The notes under the pieces: generated by a model
The model's database searches: none
What the model was told of the DNA's origin: nothing
The model's input: only the letters and a program-made list of their open reading frames with translations
Translations under genes and position numbers: made by a program
Source of the DNA: Octopus sinensis
Lineage: Eukaryota
Length of the DNA: 64,000 nt
Assembly (NCBI RefSeq): GCF_006345805.1
Contig: NC_043022.1
Coordinates: 21,762,001 to 21,826,000 of the forward strand
Reading direction: 5' to 3'
Shown: positions 1 through 11,435 of the stretch, in pieces
How positions within the stretch are numbered: position 1 is the stretch's first letter
Layout: every line of letters begins with the position of its first letter

Positions 1-619
1 GAGGGGGTGGGGTGACATGTAAAATACATTGATTTAATTTTTCTTCCTCTAAAAATTTGAATTACATGTCTTAGAATATAGAGTATAATAGTATGAGAAG
101 GAAAAAAAAATTTGATAGTGATGGCTGTTGTAAAGATATGGGGATAGGGAAAAGGTGGTGTGCTGTTTAAAAAAATTATAGATTAGATTCCATTTTTTAT
201 AAAAGGCTTTCCCACTATGATTTTGAAGTACATGGTGCAAAAATAAATTGAAAAATCTTGGTGAAAACGGAGAAAATCCATATTATGTGGGTGAGCTATT
301 TTGAAATTCTACCAAAAAATATGTGGTAAGAAGTGGGCTTCCCAACCACAGAGTTCCAGGTTCAGTCCCACTGTATGGTACCTTGGTCAAATGTCTTCTA
401 CTATAGCCTCGGATAACATTTTCACAAGCTTTTTTGTCTTTCCATACCAAAATGAGTAAACCACTTGTGGTGGAATGAAAGTCAATCTTTTACTGGGTCA
501 ATCCAGATCTTTGGGCATATCCTTCCAATTGAGATGAACTGTTTTGACTGTTGATGGAGAGAAGGAAAAAGCTGAGGGCTGCTGAAACAGTTGTCCATGT
601 GATCATGGACAACTAAGTT

Positions 620-860
620 GTGAACTGCTAAGTTACAGGGATGTAAACACACCAGCATCGGTTGTCAAACACAGACACACAAACATATACACACACATGC
701 ATATATATGACGGGCTTCTTTCTGTTTCCGCCTACCAAATCCACTCACATGGCTTTGGTTGGCCCGAGGCTATAGTAGAAGATACTTGCCCAAGGTGCCA
801 CACAGTGGGACTGAACCCGGAACCATGTGGTTCGTAAGCAACCTACTTACCACACTCCTA
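620..860 (-). mobile_element. tRNA-derived SINE, family A (partial)
   Basis: Matches the many family A copies in the window (ggagtggctgtgtggtaag head, ccttgggcaagt body). Confidence 0.85.
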
Positions 861-1049
861 TATCTAACAGAGATATGCATGACTACACATCAACCACATG
901 CATATAACCTCATCTGTAGGCTTCACATAACAATAACCAAAAAAATCCCAGCTTATCCAAAATTCTAAACAGAAATGTAAGTTATGGTCATAGCTGTCAT
1001 CCACTGTTATCAGAAATTCCTAACAGAAAAGTAGGTTGGAGATATACCT

Positions 1050-1280
1050 ATTTCTTTATTACCCACAAGGGGCTAAACACAGAGGGGACAAACAAGGACA
1101 GACAAAGGGATTAAGTCGATTACATCGACCCCAGTGCGTAACTGGTACTTAATTTATCGACCCCGAAAGGATGAAAGGCAAAGTCAACCTTGGCGGAATT
1201 TGAACTCACAACGTAATGCAGACGAAATACCGCTAAGCATTTTGCCCGGCATGCTAACGTTTCTGCCAGCTCGACGCCTT
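1050..1280 (-). mobile_element. tRNA-derived SINE, family B
   Basis: Contains the gtcgactttgcctttcatcctttcggggtcgataaattaagtaccagt core shared with copies at about 4.5, 8.0, 10.0, 16.0, 21.7, 28.3, 35.7 and 57.8 kb. Confidence 0.85.
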
Positions 1281-2089
1281 GAGATATACTTGCTATGCAG
1301 CTGTACACTAACAAGGCAACGGCCTCTGCCATTATCCAGCTACACACACAGTGTTCCAATGCGGTCAGTACTGCTTCCCAGCTACAAGGTGTTAACTAAG
1401 CACCAAAACAATATTTTTATAGGAGACAAGAAGAACATTTGAGAAAAAAACTATGTCATGCTACAGCCTCATATTTATATATTATCAAACAAACTCTTAG
1501 GCTATTGTCTTAGCCTTATTTCACTCAAAGATTAATGAGAAAAAGTTGACCTCTCAGATTTTTTCATGGTATGTGTTGGTCAAAACAATCAGGGAAGTAC
1601 AATTGCTACAGTTCTCAGCTGACTTAATTAAATTGGCAAAATTATAAATTCACAAACAAATATTGTTTGATATCTTTTAGCCATCTGGCGTCTGGCTGAG
1701 GGTCTAGCTTTCTCTGTGTGTGTGCAAATATAGCCTTCTTATCATTTCTATCTATTTAGGTTCTTTTATTGTCTTTCCCTAGTAGATGAAACTAGCTAAC
1801 ACACACAATGGAATCAGAGACAAATATTCTACTGCATCTAGAAAAACACGTCTATACACAAATAACTCGAAGTTTATGTATAATCCTTTTGCTGGAAGAA
1901 CTAGTATTTTCAAGAATATACACCCCACATCTGTGATGTTTTTATCACTTAATCTGTTTATCATAAAAAACCCAAATGTACTGGGTTGAGTCAAACAATT
2001 TCCGTTTTTTGTAAGCAAATTGTTACAACGCATTTTGAAATTCAGATGTTTAAAATTGAAATTGAAACTACTGTTTTTTAAAGAGCCTC

Positions 2090-2805
2090 ATCTGTCGTTC
2101 ATATTTAGACAGTGAAAGTGTGCACATCATAGTTTGATATTAAATTTCACTTCCCTAAAATGAATAAACTGAAAGTGTATATTCGATGTGATGTTGTGAG
2201 AATTTCAGAATGGAAAAAAAACATCACAGGAAAGGCAAAAAAAATATGCAGTGTTTGTGGCTAAGGCGTCATTCCTGACTAGCAAGTGCAAAATTGATTT
2301 TCAAAGTTTCACTTCAGAGATTCAACTCAGACCAGGACACTCATCAGACTTTGATTAACTCTTTTGCTACTGTATTTATTTTGAGATGCTCTGTGTTTCT
2401 TTCAATAACTTTAAATATAACAAAGAATTTAGCAAATTAACTTAGATATCATTAAGCTAGTGATAGGAACATAAATTGTGACTAAGGTTTGGTGGAAGAT
2501 TTTAATTCAAAACTTATGAAAACAAGACATTTGTACTCAGAGCCAGAGCCGGTTTCGGCCAGGTTGGTAACGAAAGGGTTAAGTTGCTTTAAGAGAATTA
2601 GTGAAATTCAATCCTCATAAAAGTACTCAAGAATAAGCAGTTGACCTCAACACATCCCAAACCATCATCTGCCACCAGTTGGAAACGATAGGAAAAGTCA
2701 GCAAACTGGCAATATCACATGTCCATAGCGACAAGTCTTTTTTCAAGACAGAGAAATTACTTGATTCTCAATAATATCACTACAGAAAATGAAATATGGG
2801 TCTTT
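2090..2805 (+). mobile_element. Degenerate mariner transposase 5' part, interrupted by a MITE
   Basis: Frameshifted translation MNKLKVYIR...KKICSVCG...QVQN.FSKF / ALRELVKFNPHKSTQE...IGKVSKL / IATSLFSRQRN...NITTENEIWVF resembles the mariner N-terminus through the first catalytic motif. Confidence 0.75.
2355..2582. mobile_element. piggyBac-type MITE inserted at TTAA
   Basis: Bounded by ttaactc... and ...aagggttaa; mariner sequence resumes across the TTAA. Confidence 0.6.
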
Positions 2806-3210
2806 GGATCTTTTCGGTTTGAACAGCATTTTTTTCTAGCTGTGTCATATGAAATTGTCACCCATAATTATGACCCTAGTATCGTTCTATTGCATTTCAA
2901 TCTGTTTTAGGGTTAGGGGGAAGGGTATCTTTTTTTCTTCAGAAATGTAAATAAACCCAATCTGTTTCTTAAACAAGGGACATATTCATACGGCACAGAA
3001 TGTTTTCACCTCAATAGACGTCATTGATTGGTTGAAATTGCAGAAATTGAAGAAAAAACACAACAAATATCTTACAAACCATAGAATTTTCTCAATAAAG
3101 CCAAGAGAAAAAAATGTTTTATAAACACATTCTACCAGTATACAAAGTTTAAAAGTGTTTAGTTACGTGGAAATTATTTTAAAAAACTGCTTTTCAAACC
3201 GAAAAGATCC
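2806..3210. mobile_element. MITE family F (TIR GGATCTTTTCGGTTTGAA)
   Basis: TIRs at both ends; further copies at 7317-7727 and about 41880-42312. Confidence 0.85.
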
Positions 3211-3396
3211 CTTCATACCAAATTGCCCTCTGACATACTCACATACGCTCATAAAAATAAAGAAATATTACTCCTGCTAATTCATCAGAAGATATAGAAG
3301 CTAAGGGATACGTATACACGGATACAGCCACAAACCAGAGCAACTGTAATGTAATACAACCGTGTATGTTTGGATGGATGGAGCATATATGTGTGC

Positions 3397-3432
<36 letters not shown>

Positions 3433-4442
3433 GTGACCCTTGCATGTTTCTAACTACAGACGAAGCATATCGAAGCTTCGAAATGCGTATTGTGTTGTCT
3501 GTTGTTGAGTACTGATAAAAATAAGGCGTAACTTCGGTATAAGCACCGGATACATTTCAAGAAAGTGTTGCTTTTTTTTTATATATATATATGGGGGGTT
3601 AGGGTTAGGGGTGGGAGAAAAGGGTTTGTTATCTTCAGAAATGTAAACAAAGCCACGTGTGTACTTATACCGAATGATCGCCAAAAATAAATGTCATGGA
3701 AAAATAAACCAACCGATTTGATAGAAATAAAATCTATTTGTAGAAATTTACTTACAGACGATAAACTAACTCGCTGAGTAATTTAAAAAACTTTATTATG
3801 AATAATAATAATAATAATAAATTCTGAGGTGCAAGGCCAGTAATTTTGTCGGGTATAAACAGGGTAGGAAAATCGACCACAGTTAAGAACTTGCTTCCAG
3901 AGAATTTTATTTTATTTTAAACTTAGAATGTAAAGGGAAACAACTATTGCAAAGCAATATTTAGTTTGTTTCACTACAGATCATGTCATAAATAATGAAT
4001 TCTGATATAGGCAAAGGCCTCCAAAATTTGTGGGGAGGAAACTGTAAATAAGACTGACATTAGTTCGGAGCAGGTACTTGTTTTATCAACTTGAGATTGA
4101 TGAAAAGTGAAGTGGACTTTAACAAGCTTTTCACTCAGAATATAAAGGGACGCAACTGGATGCGGTAAAGCCATTTGACTTGTCGCCCGACCAAATCTGC
4201 CGTGATAACAATTTATTTATTTATTATGCCATAATTAATATTCGTTGAAAGATGTCAAAAGCCGGGGATCTTCAATAAATACCTAAAGTTTTTGAGTCAC
4301 GACCCTTAACATTCTGCTTCATCTTTTCTGTGATTGATAAAAACCGCTCTATTATCGGGGAAGGATTTAAAACGACTACATCCCTTCCCTAAACTCTACA
4401 ATATATTAATAATATTCTGAGATTTAATCTCGTTCAGGTCAA

Positions 4443-4957
4443 CTTTCCTTTTCATAGTTCTGGTACTTAATTTATCGACCCTGAAAGGATGAAAGGCAAA
4501 GTCGACCTCGGCAAAATTTGAACTCAGAACGTAGCAGCAGACGAAATACCTATTTCTTTACTACCCACAAGGGGCTAAACACAGAGTGGACAAACAAGGA
4601 CAGACAAACGGATTAAGTCGATTAGATCGACCCCAGTGCGTAACTGGTACTTAATTTATCGACCCCTAAAAGATGAAAGGCAAAGTGGACTTTGGCAGAA
4701 TTTGAACTCAGAACATAGCAGCAAATGAAATACCTATTTCTTTACTACCCACAAGGGGCTAAACACAGAGGGGACAAACAAACGGATTAAGTCGATTACA
4801 TCGACCCCAGTGCGTAACTGGTACTTAATTTATCGACCCCAAAAGGATGAAAGGCAAAGTTGACCTCGGCGGAATTTGAACTCAGAACGTAACGGCAGAC
4901 GAAATATGGCTACGCATTTCGCCTGGCGTGCTAGCATTTCTGCCAGCTCGCCGCCTT
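4443..4957 (-). mobile_element. Head-to-tail array of three family B SINE units
   Basis: Period about 184 bp; both junctions at gaaatacc|tatttc. Confidence 0.9.
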
Positions 4958-5394
4958 TACAATCTTGGCTTATTGTTTCTGTCTTCAACAGTTGCTGGTA
5001 TCTGTGTTTGGTCATTTACTTGTGCTCATATGTGATTACCAGGTTCCTTCACCATGGTCATAATAATTCTTTATTAGCTTTGGCATTCAGCAAGTCCATC
5101 CTGAACATCTAATGGTTGAACATACTCTGCACAAGGATACAGTAGTTGATGTGAGGTAAGGCAGCATTGTCTCAAATGACAACTCATAAAGAGTTTTGCA
5201 AGTGATTTACCAGCCTTGTCTATTGGAGCATTTCATGTCTAACAGTGCCATGTAGGGATTTTTGTATTCCTTTCTACATTTTTTACCAGTATTTTTATGA
5301 TTTTCATGGCAATTGCAGCCAATCCATTTGAATGTGGGAATCGTGAACTAGACATGTTATGGTGAAATTTTCACGTTTTAGCAAAACAGAAGGC

Positions 5395-5995
5395 ACAGGC
5401 GTGGCTGTGTGGTAAGAAGTTTGCTTCCCAGCCAAGTGGTTCTGGGTTCATTCTCACTGTGTAGCACCTAGGGCAAGTGTCTTCTAATATAGCCCCAGGC
5501 TGACCAAAGACTTGTGAGTGGATTTGGTAGATGGAAACTGAAAAAAGCCTGTTGTATATGTGTGTCTCCTGGAGCCTTGTTGAGCTTTAGGTGTTTTCGC
5601 TCAATAAACACACACAACGCTTGGTCTGGGGATCGAAACCGCGAGTCCGCTGCCCTAACCACTGAGCCATTGTGCCCCCACAGTTCCTTCTCTAGTTGCA
5701 AGGTTTTGAGCTCGAGTCCCGGACCGGGCTGCGTGTTGTGTTCTTGAGCAAGACACTTTATTTCACGTTGTTCCAGTTCACTCAGCTGTAGAAATGAGTT
5801 GCGATGTCACAGGTGCCAAGTTATATCGGCCTCTTTGCCTTTCCCTTGGATATAAGACTGGTGGCATGGAGAGGGGAGGCTGATATGCATGGGCGACTGC
5901 TGGTCTTCCATAAACTACCTTGCTCGGACTTGTGCCTGGGAGGGTAACTTTCTAGGTGCAATCCCATGGTCAGTCATGACCGAAGGGGGTCTCAA
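5395..5995. mobile_element. Nested SINE cluster (families A +, C -, D +)
   Basis: Segments match full copies at 26837, 59698 and 38882. Confidence 0.8.
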
Positions 5996-6279
5996 GGGCA
6001 TTAATGCACATAAGCAGATGTGATGGGATCTTGTAACATGCATGCTCCTAAGCCATCTTTTGAGGTGTATGATTGGTTTCTTGATATCAAAATACTTTAG
6101 AACTGGAACATTTATTGATTCTTTTAGTTTATCAAAACTTTTCTCATGTGTATCATTCCATGTGATTTCGATGTTATCTTTGGCAAGCTCATATAATGGT
6201 GCTGAAACATTAGATAAATTAGAATAAATTTTACGACACATATGACCATTCCTAAGAGTCTAAGTACATCTTGCTTTAT

Positions 6280-6505
6280 TTGTGGGTGGCCGTTGCCAGC
6301 CCCGCCTGGCACCTGTGCCGGTGGCACGTAAAAAGCACCCACTACACTCACGGAGTGGTTGGCGTTAGGAAGGGCATCCAGCTGTAGAAACACTGCCAGA
6401 TCAGACTGGAGCCCGGTGCGGCCTTCTGGCTTCCCACACCCCGGTCAAACTGTCTAACCCATGCCCGCATGGAAAACGGACGTTATACGATGATGATGAT
6501 GATGT
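6280..6505 (+). mobile_element. SINE / LINE-tail element, family E ((GAT)n tail)
   Basis: gtggcacgtaaaaagcacccactacactc...ggaaaacggacg + (gat)n; more than 15 copies in the window. Confidence 0.85.
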
Positions 6506-6924
6506 GGCACCTCAACAACTGATCGCATACACTCTGGGTTTGGTTTAATACTATAGAGAGTGAATATGTGACCAATGTAACTAACTTTGTCTTTGCCAAT
6601 TTCCGCTTTGTCAGTCTTGCTTGAGCATCAGCAGTTAATCCCTTATTTCAATCTCCTGTCATGTTCTTTGTTGGACCTACCCCACACCACTGTCATCATT
6701 GATTTCTTCAATATTTTCCATAGCTTGTTGCATCATATCTCCTGAGCTGCATAAACCAAACGGTAAACATAGGAAGTGATATCTATAATAATATTCATTG
6801 AATAGCTTTGAGCTTTTTTTCATTTAGCTCTATATACGAGTTTCTGCGTTATGCATCTAGTTTGCTAAACTTAGTAGCCTTGCCTATTTGCACAGCTACT
6901 TCCTCAACTGTTACAGTTTGGTGG

Positions 6925-7130
6925 TGTTCATCATCATTTAACATCTGCTTTCCATGCTCGCATGGGTTATATGGTTTGACAGAAGCTGGCCAGACTCCAG
7001 TTGTGGCTTGGTTTCTTCAGCTGGATGCCCTTCCTAATGCCAACCACTTTAAAGAGTGTGCTGTGCGCTTCCTACATTCCACCAGTATCTGTAAAGGACA
7101 AGCCTGTATGTATGGATGGCAACGATTTTC
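6925..7130 (-). mobile_element. Family E copy
   Basis: Reverse complement of the family E 3' end with (cat)n. Confidence 0.75.
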
Positions 7131-7316
7131 CTAAGCCTGACACATCTCAAGTACAGCAAATCACAACTCCCAGTCCCTTGTCACTTCCTCAGTGAAGCCC
7201 AACATTTGAAGATCCTTTCTCACTACTTTGTCCCATGTCTTCCTGGGTCTATCCCTTCCATAAGTACCTTCCACAAATAGAGCAGCAGTTATAATAATTT
7301 TGTTGAGATCAGTTAG

Positions 7317-7727
7317 GGATCTTTTCGGTTTGACCGGCAGTTTTTAAAAATAATTTCCAGGTAACTAAAAAATTTTAAACTTCGTATACTGGTAGAATGT
7401 GTTTATAAAACATATTTTTCACTTGGCTTTATTGAGAAAATTCTATGGTTTGTAAGATATTTGTTGTTGTTTTTTCCTTCAATTTCTGCAATTTCAACCA
7501 ATCAATGACGTCTATTGAGGTGAAAACATTCTGTGCCGTATGAATATGTCCCTCGTTTAAGAAACAGATTGGGTTTATTTACATTTGTGAAGAAAAAAAA
7601 ATACCCTTCCCCCACCCTAACCCTAAAACAGATTGAAATGCAATAGATCGATACTAGGGTCATAATTATGGGTGACAATTTCATATGACACCGCTAGAAA
7701 AAACTACCGTTCAAACCGAAAAGATCC
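7317..7727. mobile_element. MITE family F
   Basis: TIRs ggatcttttcggtttga / tcaaaccgaaaagatcc. Confidence 0.88.
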
Positions 7728-8034
7728 GCATATTTTGCTCTTTAGAATAATATTGCTTGTGCTGCAGTATCCAGCTTGGAGACGATGCTCTGTCTATCTT
7801 CTACTATGATAGTGAGATGATACTGTATTCGTTTCCAGTGTGATACTACCTAGAAATAAATGTCGATATGACGAATCGTTGTGTCGTATGCTTATCTCTG
7901 ACACTCCCAAAGATTGTCTAGAACGTCACAGATTAGTAAAATAATTTTGTTTATGGCCTTTTGCGCACGTGTAACAAGAATATCATTTTATCCATAAGCA
8001 GGGCGTTGTTTAGGTGGATGGATCCATCCATATT

Positions 8035-8250
8035 TACAAGGCGGCGAGCTGGCAAAATCATTAGCACGCCGGGCGAAATGCTTAGCAGTATTTCGTCTGT
8101 CTTTATGTTCTGAGTCCAAATTCCGCCGAGGTTGACTTTGCCTTTCATCCTTTCGAGGTCGATAAATTAAGTACCAGTTGCGTACAGTGGTCGATCTAAA
8201 TTGACTAGCACCCCTCTCCCCAAAATTTCAGGCCTTGTGCCTAGAGTAGA
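8035..8250 (+). mobile_element. Family B SINE
   Basis: ggcggcgagctggca head plus family B core. Confidence 0.82.
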
Positions 8251-9149
8251 AAAAAGGATCCTTCCATATTTACATGAATTGATCCAGTCATGTCTAGGGC
8301 TTTTTTAAAAATCTTTGTACGGAGTAATATTAAATTTTAAGTTGTTTTTTTTTTTTCTCATCTGCTGATACTTGTTTTATAACCACTGAATCTGAATCTT
8401 CAGTGATGCTTTTTCCCTACATAGCTCTACTTTTATATATAACCTTTTTAACGTTAATTTTGCATCCTGAAGCAGTATCTCTCAAGAATCTTTGTTTAGT
8501 ATTCCACATATTGCTCATCAAATCATCTAAAAAAATTTCTAATTCAGTCTTTATCGTCCAGCTTATTGTCAGTTAGAAATGAATCAAATTTCTCCGATGG
8601 GAACAGATTTCTCTTAAAGATAGATAGCAGATACATGTAACATTTTTTTCTAAGGTGACAGAACTCTCGGGACTTCGTTTTAACAGTGATAATTTTGTCT
8701 TTATCGTCTGGGTTTTCAAATCCGAAAGAGTTAAATACATCTTCTCCTTTGGGGGACTTGCGATGTGGAGATTAAGTTGTAACCTGCACATTTTTCTTTT
8801 CCCGCAACTCCTGCGGCAGGTGACTGAAAGTCATTCATTGTTCCCACACCTTTTACACATTGTAGTTTCCATCTAAATTTCCTTCGAAGCTCAGGCCTTT
8901 TCGTAACTTCAGGCTTATATCTTCTGAAAGTACTTCACTTTAAATGAGTTGCACATGCATTTTATGTGCGCGTAAACGAAGTTCATCAATTAAATAAAAT
9001 TAAAGGGGACAATAAATACTCATATTCGTATTTGCGGCTTTTTTCTTCAGTGGCGAGAGGTTACTCGATTTCAACATCATGTTATGTCGTGTCATAAACG
9101 ACATAGATAACCAGATAAATCAAGAGACTTCAAACATAATTCATTTGCT

Positions 9150-9567
9150 GGCAATCTTTCGTCTCTAGTAGACCTTTCCGTCGATTTCCGTAAAAATTTT
9201 TTTTTTTTACATATGGGCTTGCGGGAACTTTTGAAGTAATGAGAGCGAAAGAGACTAAGAGAAAGCGATTGTATGACGAGGGAAGTTCTTTTGAAGTTAC
9301 CGTCCAGGGGAAGCATTGATGTACATGTGTGTGTGTGTGTGTTTGATGGGGTGTGGGAGACAGACAGTATGTTGTGTAAGTGAAGTGCTTCTGTTAGTGT
9401 GTGTGAAGAGACAGAGTAATGTGTGAAAGAAAGAGATAACTGAATTTTTTACTCGGTGTATGTGTATATGTATGTATATTACTTCAAAAGTTCCCGCAAG
9501 CCCATATGTAAAAAAAAAATTTTTTACGGAAATCGACGGAAAGGTCTACTAGAGACGAAAGATCGCC
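9150..9567. mobile_element. Merlin-like MITE, 418 bp, about 90-bp near-perfect TIRs, 8-bp TSD catttgct
   Basis: TIRs 9150-9240 and 9478-9567 start GGCAA/GGCGA (GGNRM); TSD at 9142-9149 and 9568-9575. Confidence 0.88.
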
Positions 9568-9704
9568 CATTTGCTCAGGCGGTCATTGCTAGACTCGCAT
9601 TGTATATTTTATTTAATTATGATTGATTAAATACAGGAATAAGTAACTTACAATGCAAGGGAAGTAATTCAATTCAACACGTACAACTTCATTGCTAACA
9701 ACAG

Positions 9705-10215
9705 TGGAGGCGCAATGGCCCAGTGCTTAGGGCAGCAGACTCGCGGTCGTAAGAACGCAGTTTCGATTCCCAGATAGAGCATTATGAATGTTTATTGAGC
9801 AAAAACACCTAAGCTCCACGAGTAGAAACAATTAAGAATTGTAAGGTGGTGAGCAAGCAGAACCGTTACTGCTATGGACTAAAACTCTTCTGGCTGTTTA
9901 CGGTCTGAGTGTAGTCCCCAATGGGTTCTTCTACATTGCCTTTCATCCTTCCGAGGTCGACAAAATACGGTAACAGTCAAGCACTGAGGTCAAGCTGGCA
10001 GAAACGTTAGCATGCCGGGCGAAATGCTTAGCGGTATTTCGGCTGCCGTTACGTTGTGAGTTCAAATTCCGCCGAGGTCGACTTTGCCTTTCATGGTCGA
10101 TAAATTAAGTACCAGTTACGCACTGGGGTTGATGTAATCGACATAATACCTATGTCTGTCCTTGTTTGTCCCCTCTATGTTTAGCCCCTTGTGGGTAATA
10201 AAGAAATAGGTATCG
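9705..10215 (+). mobile_element. SINE fragments (family C 9705-9820; family B about 9975-10215)
   Basis: gtggaggcgcaatggcccagtg head; family B core. Confidence 0.8.
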
Positions 10216-10580
10216 GCTGACAACCTCCCCACTCAAAATTGTTGGCCTTTGTGAAGTGAAAACAAAATTTCTTTTGATGGGGGTAAGGGCCTGGCATTTG
10301 TCAGCTTAAGAATCAAATTCACTCGGGGTTAACTTATCGAAAGTAAACGTGTATTTTATAATAATGGAAGTACTATGTCATATGTAAAATACTGCTACTA
10401 ATTGTAGTAGTAATTGTCACTTGAATAAAGGGTCACTTTATTATAATTGTCACTTGAATAATAGCCATCGTAGGTAGAGATTTACTAGATTTCAGAAGCG
10501 CGTAGTGTAGTCAAAGGGAGAACGAGTAAAGGGATTTCGTTTGGAAGATTCTTTATATGAGTTCGTGTGTTGAAGCATAT

Positions 10581-10729
10581 TCTGTTGTGTCTGGGGAGAG
10601 TCATTCTCTTTTAGTGCCTTATTACGAAAATTTTAGAAAATAAAAATAAGACATAAGTGGAAATTTTACCGGTGAGTGTGTTAAATAATAAGGCACTAAA
10701 AGAGAATGACTTTCCCCAGACACAACAGA
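10581..10729. repeat. Inverted repeat, 44-bp arms, 61-bp spacer (copy 1)
   Basis: Arms 10581-10624 and 10686-10729, one mismatch. Confidence 0.92.
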
Positions 10730-11270
10730 GTAAAGAGATGGAAAGTAGATATTTAAAAAAGGCGCTTTATCGTTTCCGAGAAGGGGAATGAAGGAGCGGC
10801 GCTGAAAATTAATCATATTGAAGAAAAGTAATTGCTTCTATATTTGCTATGCATTTCTTTCTCTCTCTCTGCTTATTTTTGATGCACTTATCTCCTCCTA
10901 TAGATCTGGCATTGTAGTAATGTATGAAATGTTTATGACGAATGAATTCGTCTTTCATTTCCTGTCAGTTTTTATCTACAGCATGTTTTCATTTCTACTA
11001 AGTTGTGTGGTCCTACATTTCGTATCGAACAAACTTACAAAGGCTATTACTTTTCTAATGTGAAAAACATAATTTCACATTGGACACACACAACAGAGCG
11101 AGTAATGAGAACAGGTAATGGATAAAAGTGGCAAGAAATAAAAATGAAATTCATACCAAAGCGAATAATTGTCAATAAAACGGAGATAAAAGCAAATAAG
11201 ATTGATCCATATTTCGTTTTTGGATTCGGTTTGCAAGATTCTTTATATGAGTTCGTGTGTTGAAGCATAT

Positions 11271-11435
11271 TCTGTTGTGTCTGGGGAGAGTCATTCTCTT
11301 TTAGTGCCTTATTATTTAACACACTCACCGGTAAAATTTCCACTTATTTCTTATTTTTATTTTCTAAAATTTTACCGGTGAGTGTGTTAAATAATAAGGC
11401 ACTAAAAGAGAACGACTCTCCCCAGACACAACAGA
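11271..11435. repeat. Inverted repeat, 69-bp arms, 27-nt loop (copy 2)
   Basis: Arms 11271-11339 and 11367-11435; same left flank as copy 1. Confidence 0.92.

Larger units (their letters stand above)
4970..9085 (-). mobile_element. Fragmented Ty3/Gypsy LTR retrotransposon fossil (gag-PR-RT-RH-IN)
   Basis: Minus-strand motifs in Gypsy order: gag about 8400-8940 (FEGNLDGN...DVFNSFGFENPDDKDK...EKFDSFLTD...RFLRD), zinc-knuckle-like about 7920-7975, protease KLDTAAQ about 7760, RT 6505-6915 (FSKLDA...LPFG...EHDRRL...YIGH), RT-RH linker 5995-6290 (RLLGMV...SAPLYEL...VLKYFD), integrase about 5040-5395 (SSSRFPHSNGLA). Many stops and frameshifts; split by SINEs and MITEs. Confidence 0.85.

Noticed and set aside
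1300-2033. Minus-strand ORF 1779-2033 and downstream TPDG word resembling an RTE reverse transcriptase
   Set aside because: Similarity is too weak by eye to call; no QGD or ADD motif was found. A translated profile search is needed.
2330-2356. CTGATGAG on the minus strand as a hammerhead core
   Set aside because: It is mariner coding sequence (RPGHSSDFD) with no GAAA or stems.
9085-9700. 5' LTR of the Gypsy fossil
   Set aside because: No matching second LTR was found downstream of the integrase, and the PBS match is weak.
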